Shown piece after piece: positions 1 to 10,348 of a DNA stretch of 64,000 nt (the stretch's first letter is position 1; every line of letters begins with the position of its first letter). A program made the position numbers and the translations under genes. The notes below the pieces were generated by a model. The model did no database searches and was not told the DNA's origin. It worked only from the letters and a program-made list of their open reading frames with translations. Source of the stretch: Candidatus Aceula lacicola (GTDB taxonomy: Bacteria > Omnitrophota > Gorgyraeia > Zapsychrales > Aceulaceae); the NCBI GenBank assembly GCA_030765785.1, contig JAVCCC010000044.1, forward strand, positions 1,417 through 65,416. The letters run 5' to 3'.

Positions 1-3000
1 CCTTAGACATCTGACCACCTGTATTAGAATAAACTTCAGTATCCACAACCAATACGTTTACATCAAATCCAGATGCCAACACATGATCAAGTCCACCATA
101 TCCAATATCATAGGCCCATCCATCTCCACCCATAATCCAAACACTCTTTTTGACAAGCGTATCAGCAAGACTCAAAAGCTGTTTTGCTTCTGAAGAATTA
201 TCATTCTTAATTTTTTCTTTTAAAATTTCAACTCTTTCTCTTTGAGCAAAGATATCAGCTTCATCAACTTGATTCGCCTCAAGAATTGCCTTAACTAAAT
301 CGCCTCCGACTTTAGACTCAAGCTTTTTAACAAGTTCACAAGCAAATTGTTTTTGCTTATCAATTGCAAGTCTAAAACCTAATCCAAACTCAGCATTATC
401 TTCAAACAAAGAATTTGACCAAGCTGGTCCTCTGCCATCTTTATTTTTAGCCCATGGCGTTGTTGGAAGATTTCCTCCATAAATCGAAGAACATCCTGTT
501 GCATTTGCAACAACCATACGATCACCAAAAAGCTGACTAATAAGACGAATATAGGCTGTCTCACCGCATCCAGCACAAGCACCAGAGAACTCAAACAATG
601 GTTGCAAGAACTGTGATCCACGAATAGTAGTCTTAACCTTGCTTCGATCGATATAAGGAATCTTATTAAAGAAATTCCAATTCTTAACTTCCTGATCATG
701 CAATGGTGGCTGCGAATGCATATTTATTGCCTTAAGCTCTGGATTCTCTTTAGACTTTGCAGGACATGCCGTAACACAAAGCCCACAACCCGTACAATCT
801 TCAGGAGCTACTTGAAGTGTAAAATCCATACCAGCCAAATCTTTATCTTTTGCAGGCACATGTTTAAAGGTTTCAGGTGCGCCCTCTAAATCTTTTGGCT
901 CATAAACTTTTGCCCGAATAACAGCATGAGGACAAACTGCACTACATTTTCCGCATTGAATACAAACATCTTTCTCCCATACAGGAATCGAAAGTGCAAT
1001 ATTTCTCTTTTCCCATTGTGTTGTTGCTGTAGGAAATGTTCCGTCGCAAGAAAACGCACTTACAGGAAGATCATCGCCACAAGCTGCCATGATTTCTGAA
1101 GTGACCTTTTGCACAAACTCAGGCGCTTGTGCAGAAACAACAGGCGGCATATCAATTGTGCTTGTAACCTCTTTAGGATAATCAATCTCGTTCATATTCT
1201 CAATAGCCTTATCAACAGCGTTATTGTTCATCTCGACGACTTGATCACCTTTTTTACTATAAGCTTTTTTAATAGCTTTCTTAATCTCTGCGATTGCTTG
1301 TTCCGGAGGAAGAACCCCTGAAATAGCAAAAAAACATGTTTGCATAATTGTGTTAATACGTGCACCCATGCCAGTTGCTTCAGCTACTTTATAAGCATCA
1401 ATGACATAAAACTTCAACTTCTTATCAATAATCTGTTTCTGAACTTGTTTTGGTAAATTATTCCAAACCTCATCTTTGCTGTAATAGCTGTTTAAAAGAA
1501 ATACTCCGCCTTCCTCAACATGGCGTAGAATATCATACTTCTTAACAAAAATAAATTGATGGCAAGCTAAAAAACTTGCACGTGTAATCAAGTATGGAGA
1601 ATGAATAGGATCTGGGCCAAAACGTAAATGAGACACCGTAACGGCCCCAGCCTTTTTAGAATCATAAACAAAATAACCCTGAGCATAATTATCTGTATTC
1701 TCACCAATAATTTTGATCGAATTCTTATTAGCCCCAACAGTACCATCAGATCCTAGACCATAAAATACAGCTCGAACACCTTTTGGGTTTTCTGTTGAAA
1801 AAGTTGAATCGTATTCAATCGATGTGTTAGTTACGTCATCATTAATACCGACAGTAAAATGATTTTTTGGTTTATCTTTAGACATTTCATCTAAAAGACC
1901 TTTGATCATCGCTGGAGTAAATTCCTTAGAAGACAAACCGTAACGTCCTCCAATAACTTTTGGCAATTGATTAAACTTAGATGAACCTTCTTCGAAAAGA
2001 GCATGAACAACATCTAAATAAAGTGGCTCTCCACCTGCACCAGGTTCTTTTGTTCTATCTAAAACAGCAATTGTTTTTACTGTTTCAGGTAAAGAATCAA
2101 TAAAATATTTAAGAGAAAATGGTCGATAAAGTCTTACTTTTAAGACACCAACTTTCTCACCTTGCTTAACCAAATGATCTATTGTTTCATGAGCAGTCTC
2201 GACACCAGAACCCATTAAAATAATAACTTTCTCAGCATCTTTTGCTCCAAAATATTGGAACAATTCATATTTTCTACCTGTCAACTTCTCAAACTTTTTC
2301 ATAACTCCATCAACAATATCAGGACATTTGTCATAATAAGCATTAACTGTCTCACGAGCCTGAAAAAATACATCTGGATTTTGTGCAGTTCCTCGAATAA
2401 CAGGTTTTTCTGGAGAAAGTGCGCGAGCACGATGAGCAAAAACAAGATCATCATCAATCATTTGTTTAATTACTTCATCATCAATCTGCTCAATTTTTGT
2501 TATCTCGTGAGAACTTCTGAAGCCATCGAAAAAGTGCAGAAATGGAATTCTTGACTCAAGAGTTGCTGCATGCGCAATCAAAGCCAAATCCATAACTTCT
2601 TGATTTGAACCAGAAGCCAACAGAGCAAATCCTGTGCCACGCGTAGCCATAACATCAGAATGATCACCAAAAATAGAAAGAGCATGTGTAGCAACAGATC
2701 TAGCAGCAACATGGAAAACTGTTGAAGTCAGCTCGCCTGCAATCTTAAACATGTTTGGAATCATTAACAATAATCCCTGCGACGCTGTAAAGGTTGTAGT
2801 CAAAGCGCCTCTCTGAAGAGAACCATGAACAGCACCAGCGGCTCCACCCTCACTTTGCATCTCCTGAACAAGAGGAATGGTGTCCCAAATGTTGGATTGC
2901 TTAGCTGCTGCCCATGCGTCTGCCCATTCGCCCATTGGCGACGAGGGAGTGATTGGATAAATCGCAACAACCTCGCTTGTCTTAAACGCCACATGTGCGG

Positions 3001-3040
3001 CCGCCTCATTTCCGTCGATCATAATTTGCTTCTTTGCCAT
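1..3040 (-). CDS. nifJ: Pyruvate:ferredoxin (flavodoxin) oxidoreductase, 3' end runs off the window
   Basis: Absent from the ORF track; read manually. ATG at 3040 (MAKKQIMIDGNEAA) with SD GGAAAGAGG. YPITPSS, QSEGGAAGAVHG, GLGSDGTVGANKNS, CIQCGKCSAVCP, FSGACAGCGET and GGDGWAYDIG...DTEVYSNTGGQMSK are in frame to position 2. Confidence 0.97.
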   Translation of the reverse strand, partial: MAKKQIMIDGNEAAAHVAFKTSEVVAIYPITPSSPMGEWADAWAAAKQSNIWDTIPLVQEMQSEGGAAGAVHGSLQRGALTTTFTASQGLLLMIPNMFKIAGELTSTVFHVAARSVATHALSIFGDHSDVMATRGTGFALLASGSNQEVMDLALIAHAATLESRIPFLHFFDGFRSSHEITKIEQIDDEVIKQMIDDDLVFAHRARALSPEKPVIRGTAQNPDVFFQARETVNAYYDKCPDIVDGVMKKFEKLTGRKYELFQYFGAKDAEKVIILMGSGVETAHETIDHLVKQGEKVGVLKVRLYRPFSLKYFIDSLPETVKTIAVLDRTKEPGAGGEPLYLDVVHALFEEGSSKFNQLPKVIGGRYGLSSKEFTPAMIKGLLDEMSKDKPKNHFTVGINDDVTNTSIEYDSTFSTENPKGVRAVFYGLGSDGTVGANKNSIKIIGENTDNYAQGYFVYDSKKAGAVTVSHLRFGPDPIHSPYLITRASFLACHQFIFVKKYDILRHVEEGGVFLLNSYYSKDEVWNNLPKQVQKQIIDKKLKFYVIDAYKVAEATGMGARINTIMQTCFFAISGVLPPEQAIAEIKKAIKKAYSKKGDQVVEMNNNAVDKAIENMNEIDYPKEVTSTIDMPPVVSAQAPEFVQKVTSEIMAACGDDLPVSAFSCDGTFPTATTQWEKRNIALSIPVWEKDVCIQCGKCSAVCPHAVIRAKVYEPKDLEGAPETFKHVPAKDKDLAGMDFTLQVAPEDCTGCGLCVTACPAKSKENPELKAINMHSQPPLHDQEVKNWNFFNKIPYIDRSKVKTTIRGSQFLQPLFEFSGACAGCGETAYIRLISQLFGDRMVVANATGCSSIYGGNLPTTPWAKNKDGRGPAWSNSLFEDNAEFGLGFRLAIDKQKQFACELVKKLESKVGGDLVKAILEANQVDEADIFAQRERVEILKEKIKNDNSSEAKQLLSLADTLVKKSVWIMGGDGWAYDIGYGGLDHVLASGFDVNVLVVDTEVYSNTGGQMSK

Positions 3041-3056
3041 CTTGATACCTCTTTCC

Positions 3057-3142
3057 TTAAATGAGCACATAGCTTGCGCAACTAAAAGGAGCGCCAAGTT
3101 ATGCGTGCGAATTTATCCCGCACCCAAAGGGTGTCGAGATTT
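3057..3142 (-). repeat. Structured leader element, copy 1 (upstream of PFOR)
   Basis: Sense strand: hairpin, then GGGATAAATTCGCAC-[stem]-GTGCTCATTTAA, then the SD. Ends shared with 13320-13430 and 35641-35757. Confidence 0.8.
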
Positions 3143-3149
3143 CCACCTT

Positions 3150-4769
3150 TTATACTTTTGGTCCACCCTTTGCGGCAATTTCCTTGCCTTTATCATTTGT
3201 TTCAAATGTTTTAAAATTCTCAACAAACATCTCTGACAGCTCTTTTAATGTTTGATCATAGGCATCCTTGTCAGCCCATGCATTACGTGGATTTAAAACA
3301 TTTTCATCAACATTTTCTAACTTCTTTGGAATTTGTAAATCAAAAATCGGAAAAGCTTCAAACTCTGCATTCTCAATGCTACCGTCTAAAATCGCATCAA
3401 TAATGGCACGTGTTTGTTCAATATCCATTCTTTTCCCAACGCCATATTTTCCGCCAACCCATCCAGTGTTAACCAAATAAGCCTGAGAACCGTGCTTCTC
3501 CATTTTTTGTCCTAAAACTTCCCCGTATTTTGTTGGATGAAGCAATAAAAATGCTTGTCCAAAACAAGATGAAAATGTCGCCTGAGGCTCCTTGACGCCA
3601 AGCTCAGTTCCAGCGACTTTAGCTGTATATCCGCTTAGAAATTGATACATCGTCTGTTCTTTAGTCAATTTTGAAACTGGAGGCAATACTCCATAAGCAT
3701 CGCATGTTAAGAAAATAATTTTCTTTGGATGATCACCAACTGATTCTGGCTTAACAATCTTTTCAATATGTTCAATCGGGTACGAAACACGTGTATTTTG
3801 CGTTTTTGCTGAAGATGAAAAATCCACATTACCCTTTTCATCAACAACAACATTTTCTAAAAGTGCATTTCTTTTAATCGCATTGTAAATTTCAGGCTCT
3901 TTCTTTTGGGAAAGATTAATGCATTTTGCATAACATCCACCCTCAAAATTATAAATACCATGCTTGTCGCACCATCCATGTTCATCATCACCAATCAAAT
4001 CTCTTTTAACATCGGCCGACAATGTTGTTTTTCCAGTTCCAGAAAGACCAAAGAAAAAGGCTGTATCCCCATCTTTTCCAGCGTTTGCCGAACAATGAAA
4101 TGATCCAATGCCATCAAGCGGCAAATAATAATTCATAACCGAAAAAATACCTTTTTTGATTTCTCCACCATACCAAGTGCCAAGAATAACAGCCATCTTT
4201 TCGCCAAGGTTAAACACAGCACCAACTTCTGAACGCATACCATGGCTTTCAAAATCAGGAAATGTCGCCTTGCAGGCATTGAAAATAACAAAATTAGGTT
4301 TAAAGTCCTTTAATTCTTCTTCGGTAGGACGAATAAACATATTTTTAACAAAATGAGCCATCCACGCGACCTCTGTTACCAGCCGAACTGAAAGCCTTGT
4401 TTCTTTAAAAGCACCACAAAAACCATCCATTACATAAAGCTTTTTTCCGCTTAATTGATTGAGACCGGCTTTCTTAAAATCAGCCCAAGCCTCTTGGCTC
4501 ATGCGTCGATTATCTGAACCATTATCCCCATCTTTCCACCAAATATTTTTTGTAGAAGACGGTTCATCAACAATATATTTATCTTTTGGGGAACGGCCAG
4601 TATATTTTCCAGTATCAACCGTAACAGCTCCAAAATTGGTCAATGTTGCTCTCTCGTAACCTTCTAGTGCTGGATTCATTTCATGCTGAAAAAGCTCTTC
4701 ATAAGACAAATTGTAAAAAACTTCTTGTACGTCTGTTATGCCATATTGGGATAGATCGATTTTTGCCAA
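3150..4769 (-). CDS. pckA: Phosphoenolpyruvate carboxykinase (ATP)
   Basis: [49 protein letters not shown] start with SD GGAGAAGG. Confidence 0.97.
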   Translation of the reverse strand: MAKIDLSQYGITDVQEVFYNLSYEELFQHEMNPALEGYERATLTNFGAVTVDTGKYTGRSPKDKYIVDEPSSTKNIWWKDGDNGSDNRRMSQEAWADFKKAGLNQLSGKKLYVMDGFCGAFKETRLSVRLVTEVAWMAHFVKNMFIRPTEEELKDFKPNFVIFNACKATFPDFESHGMRSEVGAVFNLGEKMAVILGTWYGGEIKKGIFSVMNYYLPLDGIGSFHCSANAGKDGDTAFFFGLSGTGKTTLSADVKRDLIGDDEHGWCDKHGIYNFEGGCYAKCINLSQKKEPEIYNAIKRNALLENVVVDEKGNVDFSSSAKTQNTRVSYPIEHIEKIVKPESVGDHPKKIIFLTCDAYGVLPPVSKLTKEQTMYQFLSGYTAKVAGTELGVKEPQATFSSCFGQAFLLLHPTKYGEVLGQKMEKHGSQAYLVNTGWVGGKYGVGKRMDIEQTRAIIDAILDGSIENAEFEAFPIFDLQIPKKLENVDENVLNPRNAWADKDAYDQTLKELSEMFVENFKTFETNDKGKEIAAKGGPKV

Positions 4770-4885
4770 TTTCCTTCTCCTTTTTAGCAGTTAATAATAT
4801 TAAACTAAATAATAAATGGAATTATACCACGATTGATATAAATTGGAAGAATTAAATCTTGGTTATTTTATGTGTCTGAAAAAAA

Positions 4886-5560
4886 CTATTCTCTATGCCA
4901 TTTTTGTTTTAAATTGTCAAATTCATCAGAAGTATAATGACCTACGTCCAAAAGAGACGCGTCTAAAATGTCTCCTTTGGCGCTAAATGGCTGCAAAATA
5001 TAACGCTTTGCTCCCTGCAAAAAAGAAGCAATGTTAGAAAGATCTTGATCGCTTAAAAATGGCTTTACTACAGTTGTGCGAAACTGGTAATCAATGCCAG
5101 AATTCAAAATAAGATCAATGCTCTCTTTTATCTTGGATTGATCAATCTGAACACCAGTAACATCACTATATTTCTCCAAAGGCGCTTTTACGTCCATAGC
5201 AACATAATCAATCAGCTTTTCTTTAATCAAATCATCAAGAACTTCTGGATTATTACCATTTGTATCCAATTTCACAAAAAAACCAAGATCTTTAACTTTC
5301 TTTAAAAATGCCTTTAAATCACCTTGAATAGTCGGCTCACCGCCAGTGACAACAACACCTTGCAGCTGATCTTGACGTTTTTCTAAAAACTCTAAAATTT
5401 CTTGCTCTAAAATTGGTTCGCTAAATTTCTCTGGAAGAACCAAATCGGGGTTATGACAAAAAGGGCAGCGGAAGTCACACCCTTGGGTAAAAACCACCGC
5501 TGCCATTTTTCCTGGAAAATCAATTAAAGAAAATTTCTGAAAACCACCTATTCGCAACAT
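4886..5560 (-). CDS. nrdG: Anaerobic ribonucleotide reductase activating enzyme (radical SAM)
   Basis: GCDFRCPFCHNP and TGGEPT motifs; overlaps the end of nrdD. Confidence 0.93.
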   Translation of the reverse strand: MLRIGGFQKFSLIDFPGKMAAVVFTQGCDFRCPFCHNPDLVLPEKFSEPILEQEILEFLEKRQDQLQGVVVTGGEPTIQGDLKAFLKKVKDLGFFVKLDTNGNNPEVLDDLIKEKLIDYVAMDVKAPLEKYSDVTGVQIDQSKIKESIDLILNSGIDYQFRTTVVKPFLSDQDLSNIASFLQGAKRYILQPFSAKGDILDASLLDVGHYTSDEFDNLKQKWHRE

Positions 5561-7674
5561 TTGAGTTTTGAAATTTTATACGTTTTTCTTTGATAAAACT
5601 CTTCTTTTTTGCCCTTATTCCATTGTTGCACAGGACGCAAATATCCAACAACGCGAGAATAAACTTCACAATCGCTCTCACATTTTGGACAGAAAAAAGT
5701 TTCGCCTGCAATATAGCCACAATTTGGGCAAACACTAAATGTTGGTGTAATCGTAAAATATGGCAATTTATATTTATGACAAACTGTGCGAATCAACGCT
5801 TTCAAACTTTCAGTGTCATCAATTTTCTCACCAACAAAACCATGCAAAACCGTACCGCCTGTATATCGACTCTGCAAATCATCTTGAAGATCTAAAACCT
5901 CAAAAATATCATCAGAATACCCAACAGGAAGATGAGTTGAATTCGTATAATAAGGTTCTCGTCCCTCGGCATAAAAATCTTCATTAGCACATTTAATATC
6001 CTTAAATTCATCTTTATCTAGCCGTGCTAAACGATAAGAAACGCCTTCGGCTGGAGTTGCCTCCAAATTATAATTATTACCTGTTTCTTCTTGAATCTCG
6101 ATCATTCTATCGCGCATATGATCCAAAACTTTAGCTGCAAAAGTACGACCTTTTTCTGAAGAGATATCTTCACCAAACATATTCAAACATGCTTCGTTCA
6201 TCCCCACCAGCCCGATGGTTGAAAAATGATTCTTCCAATACGCATCAAAACGTTTTTTCACATTTCTCAAATAGAAGCTAATATATGGGTAAAGATTACC
6301 ATCTGTAAATTTCTCTAAAACTTTTCTCTTAATCTCTAAACTTTCTTTCGCCAAAACGATAAGCTCATCTAATTCTTTAAAAAACTTTTCTTCATTCTTT
6401 GTCTTATAAGCCAATCTTGGTGTATTAATTGTAACAACACCAATAGAACCTGTTAACGGAGATGAACCAAAAAGTCCGCCACCACGCTTGCGCAATTCTC
6501 TATTATCTATACGTAAACGACAGCACATGCTGCGCGCATCGTCTGGACTCATATCAGAATTAACAAAGTTGGCAAAATAAGGAATACCATATTTTGCAGT
6601 CACTTCCCAAAGCATAGAAAGATTTGGATTATCCCAATTAAAATCTTTTGTAATGTTATATGTTGGAATTGGAAATGTAAATACGCGTCCCTTAGCATCA
6701 CCTTCGATTAAAACCTCAAGGAATGCCTTGTTGAACATATCTATTTCTTCCTGGAATTCCCCATATGTTTCTTTTTGTGGAACACCGCCGACGATAACAG
6801 ACTTCTCTTTATAGTGTGAAGGAACGTTAAGGTCACATGTTACGTTTGTAAATGGTGTCTGAAATCCAACACGCGTTGGAACATTGACGTTAAAAACAAA
6901 TTCTTGCAAAACTTGTTTTACATCCTTGTATTTTAGATTATCGTATCGGATAAATGGAGCAAGTAATGTATCAAAGCTTGAAAATGCCTGAGCTCCTGAT
7001 GCTTCTCCTTGAAGAGTATAAAAGAAGTTAACAAGCTGACCTAAAGCACTTCGAAGATGCTTTGCTGGCTTTGATTCCATCTTTCCAACTGCTCCCTGAA
7101 ATCCAACTGTCAAAAGATCCTCAAGATCCCATCCAACACAATAAACACTTAAAAGACCAAGGTCATGAACATGAAGGTCACCCTTGGTATGAGCTGTTTT
7201 AATTTCTTCAGGATAAATTTTATTAAGCCAATACACTTTGCTAATCTCAGAAGAAACATAGTTATTTAATCCTTGAAGCGAAAATGCCATGTTGCTATTT
7301 TCATTAACCTTCCAATCAGCTCGACTCAAATACTGATCCACCAAATTAACATTACTCGCTGAAGTAATTTCACGAATCTTGGTATGCTGATCACGATAAA
7401 TGATGTAAGATTTAGCCGTCTTTTTATAAGGGGAAGAAATAAGGACTTCTTCAACGATATCTTGAATTTGCTCAACATTTGGCTTTTCATCAACAGTTGC
7501 CATTTGAATGGCGATATTAACAACACGCAGTGTTAGCTTTTCAGCAACATCGCGTCCAAACTCACCGGTTGCTTCACCAGCTTTTTGGATCGCTTTTGTA
7601 ATTTTTTCAGCGTCAAACAACTCTTCTACGCCGTTACGCTTCATAATTTTTGCGAGAACATCTGTTGCCTGCAT
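5548..7674 (-). CDS. nrdD: Class III (anaerobic) ribonucleoside-triphosphate reductase with N-terminal ATP cone
   Basis: ATP cone (KRNG...FDAEKI), SVYCVGW, SMCCRL, EATPAEG, CPNCG/CPKC zinc site and glycyl-radical loop YSRVVGYLRP. ATG 7674 preferred over TTG 7677. Confidence 0.96.
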   Translation of the reverse strand: MQATDVLAKIMKRNGVEELFDAEKITKAIQKAGEATGEFGRDVAEKLTLRVVNIAIQMATVDEKPNVEQIQDIVEEVLISSPYKKTAKSYIIYRDQHTKIREITSASNVNLVDQYLSRADWKVNENSNMAFSLQGLNNYVSSEISKVYWLNKIYPEEIKTAHTKGDLHVHDLGLLSVYCVGWDLEDLLTVGFQGAVGKMESKPAKHLRSALGQLVNFFYTLQGEASGAQAFSSFDTLLAPFIRYDNLKYKDVKQVLQEFVFNVNVPTRVGFQTPFTNVTCDLNVPSHYKEKSVIVGGVPQKETYGEFQEEIDMFNKAFLEVLIEGDAKGRVFTFPIPTYNITKDFNWDNPNLSMLWEVTAKYGIPYFANFVNSDMSPDDARSMCCRLRIDNRELRKRGGGLFGSSPLTGSIGVVTINTPRLAYKTKNEEKFFKELDELIVLAKESLEIKRKVLEKFTDGNLYPYISFYLRNVKKRFDAYWKNHFSTIGLVGMNEACLNMFGEDISSEKGRTFAAKVLDHMRDRMIEIQEETGNNYNLEATPAEGVSYRLARLDKDEFKDIKCANEDFYAEGREPYYTNSTHLPVGYSDDIFEVLDLQDDLQSRYTGGTVLHGFVGEKIDDTESLKALIRTVCHKYKLPYFTITPTFSVCPNCGYIAGETFFCPKCESDCEVYSRVVGYLRPVQQWNKGKKEEFYQRKTYKISKLKCCE

Positions 7675-7741
7675 CAAAGCACCTACCCTTCCGTATAAAA
7701 AATTAATGAATAATAACGTCTACCTCAACCAATGATTACCT

Positions 7742-7796
7742 ATCATAAACCACAATATATGGTGTGTCAAGCATTTATTTTAGCCATATATTGTAC
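7742..7796 (-). promoter_or_regulatory. Sigma70 promoter of nrdDG with two NrdR boxes
   Basis: TTGACA (7770-7765), 17 bp, TATGAT (7747-7742). Boxes CCACAATATATGGTGT (7750-7765) and TAGCCATATATTGTAC (7781-7796) match acaCwAtATaTwGtgt and are 31 bp apart. Confidence 0.88.
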
Positions 7797-7807
7797 TTGC
7801 TGAAAAT

Positions 7808-8602
7808 CTAACTGCTTTGGGATTCTTTGAAATTTCCATGACGATGCGCGGTCTTTTCATCGTCCAAGGGCTTGTATTTTTTAGTTTCGATATCATAAAC
7901 AGAAACAACATTAAGATGAATGAAGTACTTTTTAATATCATCCATTTGAACTCTTGTCAATGGTTTTGTTGCGCAAGGACGAAGCGGCGTATTGATTTGG
8001 ACCTCATCTGGAGCAATCTTTTTTGCTATTTCAGCAATTTGCTCAGCTCTTTCCCTGTTTTCCTCGACGAACATAATTTGCAGGGCCAATTTTCCTTTAA
8101 ATCTTTTTTTAAAAACTAAAAGTCCATCAACAACAGAATCAAAATTAATTGTGTCTACCGGCTTGTTAATATTCAAAAAAGTTTTTTCGTTATTGGCATC
8201 TAATTTTGCTAAAACAAAATCGCAATTCATCAAATCATCTTGCACATCCGCCCGATCGATCAAAGATGAATTTGTAATCACGGCAATCTTTTCTTTTCGT
8301 ACCTTTTTGATCTCGTCAATCATCTCGCCTAAGTTCTTGGCAAGCGTCGGCTCGCCAGATCCAGAAAACGTAATATAATCAATGTTCAAATCCTTGACCA
8401 TCTTAATCTCGTCGACGATCTGATTTGTCAAAATAAATTCTTGTCTTTTAACGCCGAAATCAAGCGTGTCGCCTAACTGACAATACACGCAATTATAATT
8501 ACAAATCTTTTCTGTTCTGGAAATAGGATCTACCCCGAGAGAGAACCCTAAGCGCCAAGAATATACAGGCCCATAAATATATTGGTAGGATTGGTTTTGC
8601 AT
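7808..8602 (-). CDS. Radical SAM protein of unknown function (COG0731-like)
   Basis: YGPVYSWRLGFSLGVD, CNYNCVYC, TFSGSGEPTL. Confidence 0.85.
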   Translation of the reverse strand: MQNQSYQYIYGPVYSWRLGFSLGVDPISRTEKICNYNCVYCQLGDTLDFGVKRQEFILTNQIVDEIKMVKDLNIDYITFSGSGEPTLAKNLGEMIDEIKKVRKEKIAVITNSSLIDRADVQDDLMNCDFVLAKLDANNEKTFLNINKPVDTINFDSVVDGLLVFKKRFKGKLALQIMFVEENRERAEQIAEIAKKIAPDEVQINTPLRPCATKPLTRVQMDDIKKYFIHLNVVSVYDIETKKYKPLDDEKTAHRHGNFKESQSS

Positions 8603-8662
8603 TTTAGAATAAGTCTTAGTCTACAATATCAAATTTTTTAGAAAAACAAAGATTAAGAATTT

Positions 8663-9082
8663 TTACGAAAGGGCAATATTTAAAACATCATGCCGACCTA
8701 AAACACCGACTAGCTCGTCCCCATCAAAAATAGGAATTGTATGAACTCTTTTTCTATGCATCGTCGCAATAGCCTTGGCAACTTTATCGGTTTTCTGAAG
8801 AGAAATGATATTGCGACTAGCATGCTCTCCGACGGGTTTCTGAGAAATAACCTGAAGTTCATCGATGCGATGCTTTCCTTCTGAAACAGCTTTGGCCATC
8901 AAGTTAAGAAGGTCTGTGGTTGTAAAAACTCCTACTAATTTTTCTTCACTGTCATTGCTAATGACCAAGATACCGTTAATCTGATAACGAAAAAGAAGAT
9001 GTGCGACATTCCCAATCGAGATATTCTCCTTAATCTTGATGGGATGGTCACACATAATCTCATGAATTTCAATATTATGCAT
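8663..9082 (-). CDS. CBS-pair protein
   Basis: Two CBS repeats (LVGVFTTTDLL, IPIFDGDELVGVLGRHDVL). Confidence 0.85.
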   Translation of the reverse strand: MHNIEIHEIMCDHPIKIKENISIGNVAHLLFRYQINGILVISNDSEEKLVGVFTTTDLLNLMAKAVSEGKHRIDELQVISQKPVGEHASRNIISLQKTDKVAKAIATMHRKRVHTIPIFDGDELVGVLGRHDVLNIALS

Positions 9083-9100
9083 AATTTTCTTTAATTAGAA

Positions 9101-9625
9101 TTATTCTCCAGCAATTTCACCGCTTGGCAAAAATGTTGGCAACGCACGAGCGGAGAGCTCTTTGTCCATCATCAAAATACCATTTCCTTCTTTCCCAATA
9201 TATTTTAGTTTTCCTAAAATATCACTCGGATTCTTTTCTTCTTCAACTTGCTCAGTGACAAACCAATCTAAAAAAATTATAGACGCATTATCGTTGTCTT
9301 TTTGAGCCATGACATAAAGATCATTGATACTTTTTGTAATAAACTTTTCATGCGTCAATGTTTTCTCAAAAATATCTTGAACAGAAGAAAATTTAGAATC
9401 TGGTTTATCAATCGCCTGAAGCTCAACCGCTTCTCCTCGCTCACCAATAAAATTATAAAACTTCATCGCATGAGAAAACTCCTCTGATGCCTGAATCTTC
9501 ATCCAATGAGCAAATCCATCTAAACTTTCACTCTCAAAATATGCAGACATCGCTAAATAAAGATACGCTGAAAATAACTCTCTATTAATCTGATCGTTCA
9601 TCTCTTTAACTAATGTTTTATTCAT
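9101..9625 (-). CDS. ftnA: Non-heme ferritin
   Basis: NDQINRELFSAYLY, EEFSHAMK, FLDWFVTEQVEEE ferroxidase residues. Confidence 0.93.
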   Translation of the reverse strand: MNKTLVKEMNDQINRELFSAYLYLAMSAYFESESLDGFAHWMKIQASEEFSHAMKFYNFIGERGEAVELQAIDKPDSKFSSVQDIFEKTLTHEKFITKSINDLYVMAQKDNDNASIIFLDWFVTEQVEEEKNPSDILGKLKYIGKEGNGILMMDKELSARALPTFLPSGEIAGE

Positions 9626-9689
9626 TATAAACCTCTCTTCGATTTCTAATAAAATAAGTATACTCTTTTTTAAAAAAATCGCTATTTTT

Positions 9690-10232
9690 TTATCCCAAAA
9701 AGCTTAAATCTGCAGGCTCATAATATTCTTTTGGATGCTTGCAAGATGGACAAGTTTCTGGCGGCTCTTTGCCTTCATGAATAAATCCACATTTGGCACA
9801 TTTCCATTTAATCGACTTTTCTCTCTTGTAAAGGGTGCCATCCTCAACCATCTTTAAAAGCTTTCTATAGCGTGCCTCATGCTCAACTTCAACTTTTGCA
9901 ATCTGCTCAAAAAGACGCGCAGCATCTTCGAAGCCTTCTTCTTTTGCTTCTTTTGAAAAAGTCGGATACATCTCTGTATTCTCGTAATGCTCACCATCAA
10001 TGGCTTCGTTTAAATTCTTAACCGTATCTCCGATCCCATTAAGAAGCTTAAACTCATCTTTGGCATGCTGCATCTCGTTGGCTGCTGATTCTTCAAAAAT
10101 CTTCGCCACATACACATAGCCTTGTTTTTGGGCTATCTTTGCAAAATAAGTATATTTATTTCGCGCTTGCGATTCACCCGAAAAAGCTGCCATCAAATTC
10201 TTTTCCGTTTTTGTTCCTTTGATATCTGCCAT
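9690..10232 (-). CDS. rbr: Rubrerythrin
   Basis: AFSGESQARNKY, ExxH diiron motifs, C-terminal CAKCG...CPSC rubredoxin-like domain. Confidence 0.95.
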   Translation of the reverse strand: MADIKGTKTEKNLMAAFSGESQARNKYTYFAKIAQKQGYVYVAKIFEESAANEMQHAKDEFKLLNGIGDTVKNLNEAIDGEHYENTEMYPTFSKEAKEEGFEDAARLFEQIAKVEVEHEARYRKLLKMVEDGTLYKREKSIKWKCAKCGFIHEGKEPPETCPSCKHPKEYYEPADLSFLG

Positions 10233-10348
10233 TTTGTTTCCTCCGTATTATAATGTTACTATTGTTAACTTTTTAAACCCAAGCGACTTTTGAATCTCAA
10301 TATCTGGGCCTGCTTGGCATTATTTAAATTTTGTCTTTTGGTTCTTTA

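Noticed and set aside
379-3236. Short ORFs on both strands over the PFOR region
   Set aside because: They are shadow or alternate frames of the PFOR gene, which the track missed because it runs off the window.
4351-4358. AAATGAGC match to the leader-element end
   Set aside because: It lies inside pckA (codons for MAHF) with no partner arm or SD; a chance match.
10279-10317. Weak CCAAGC...GCTTGG hairpin upstream of rubrerythrin
   Set aside because: Only 6 firm base pairs, no U tail and no similarity to the repeated element.
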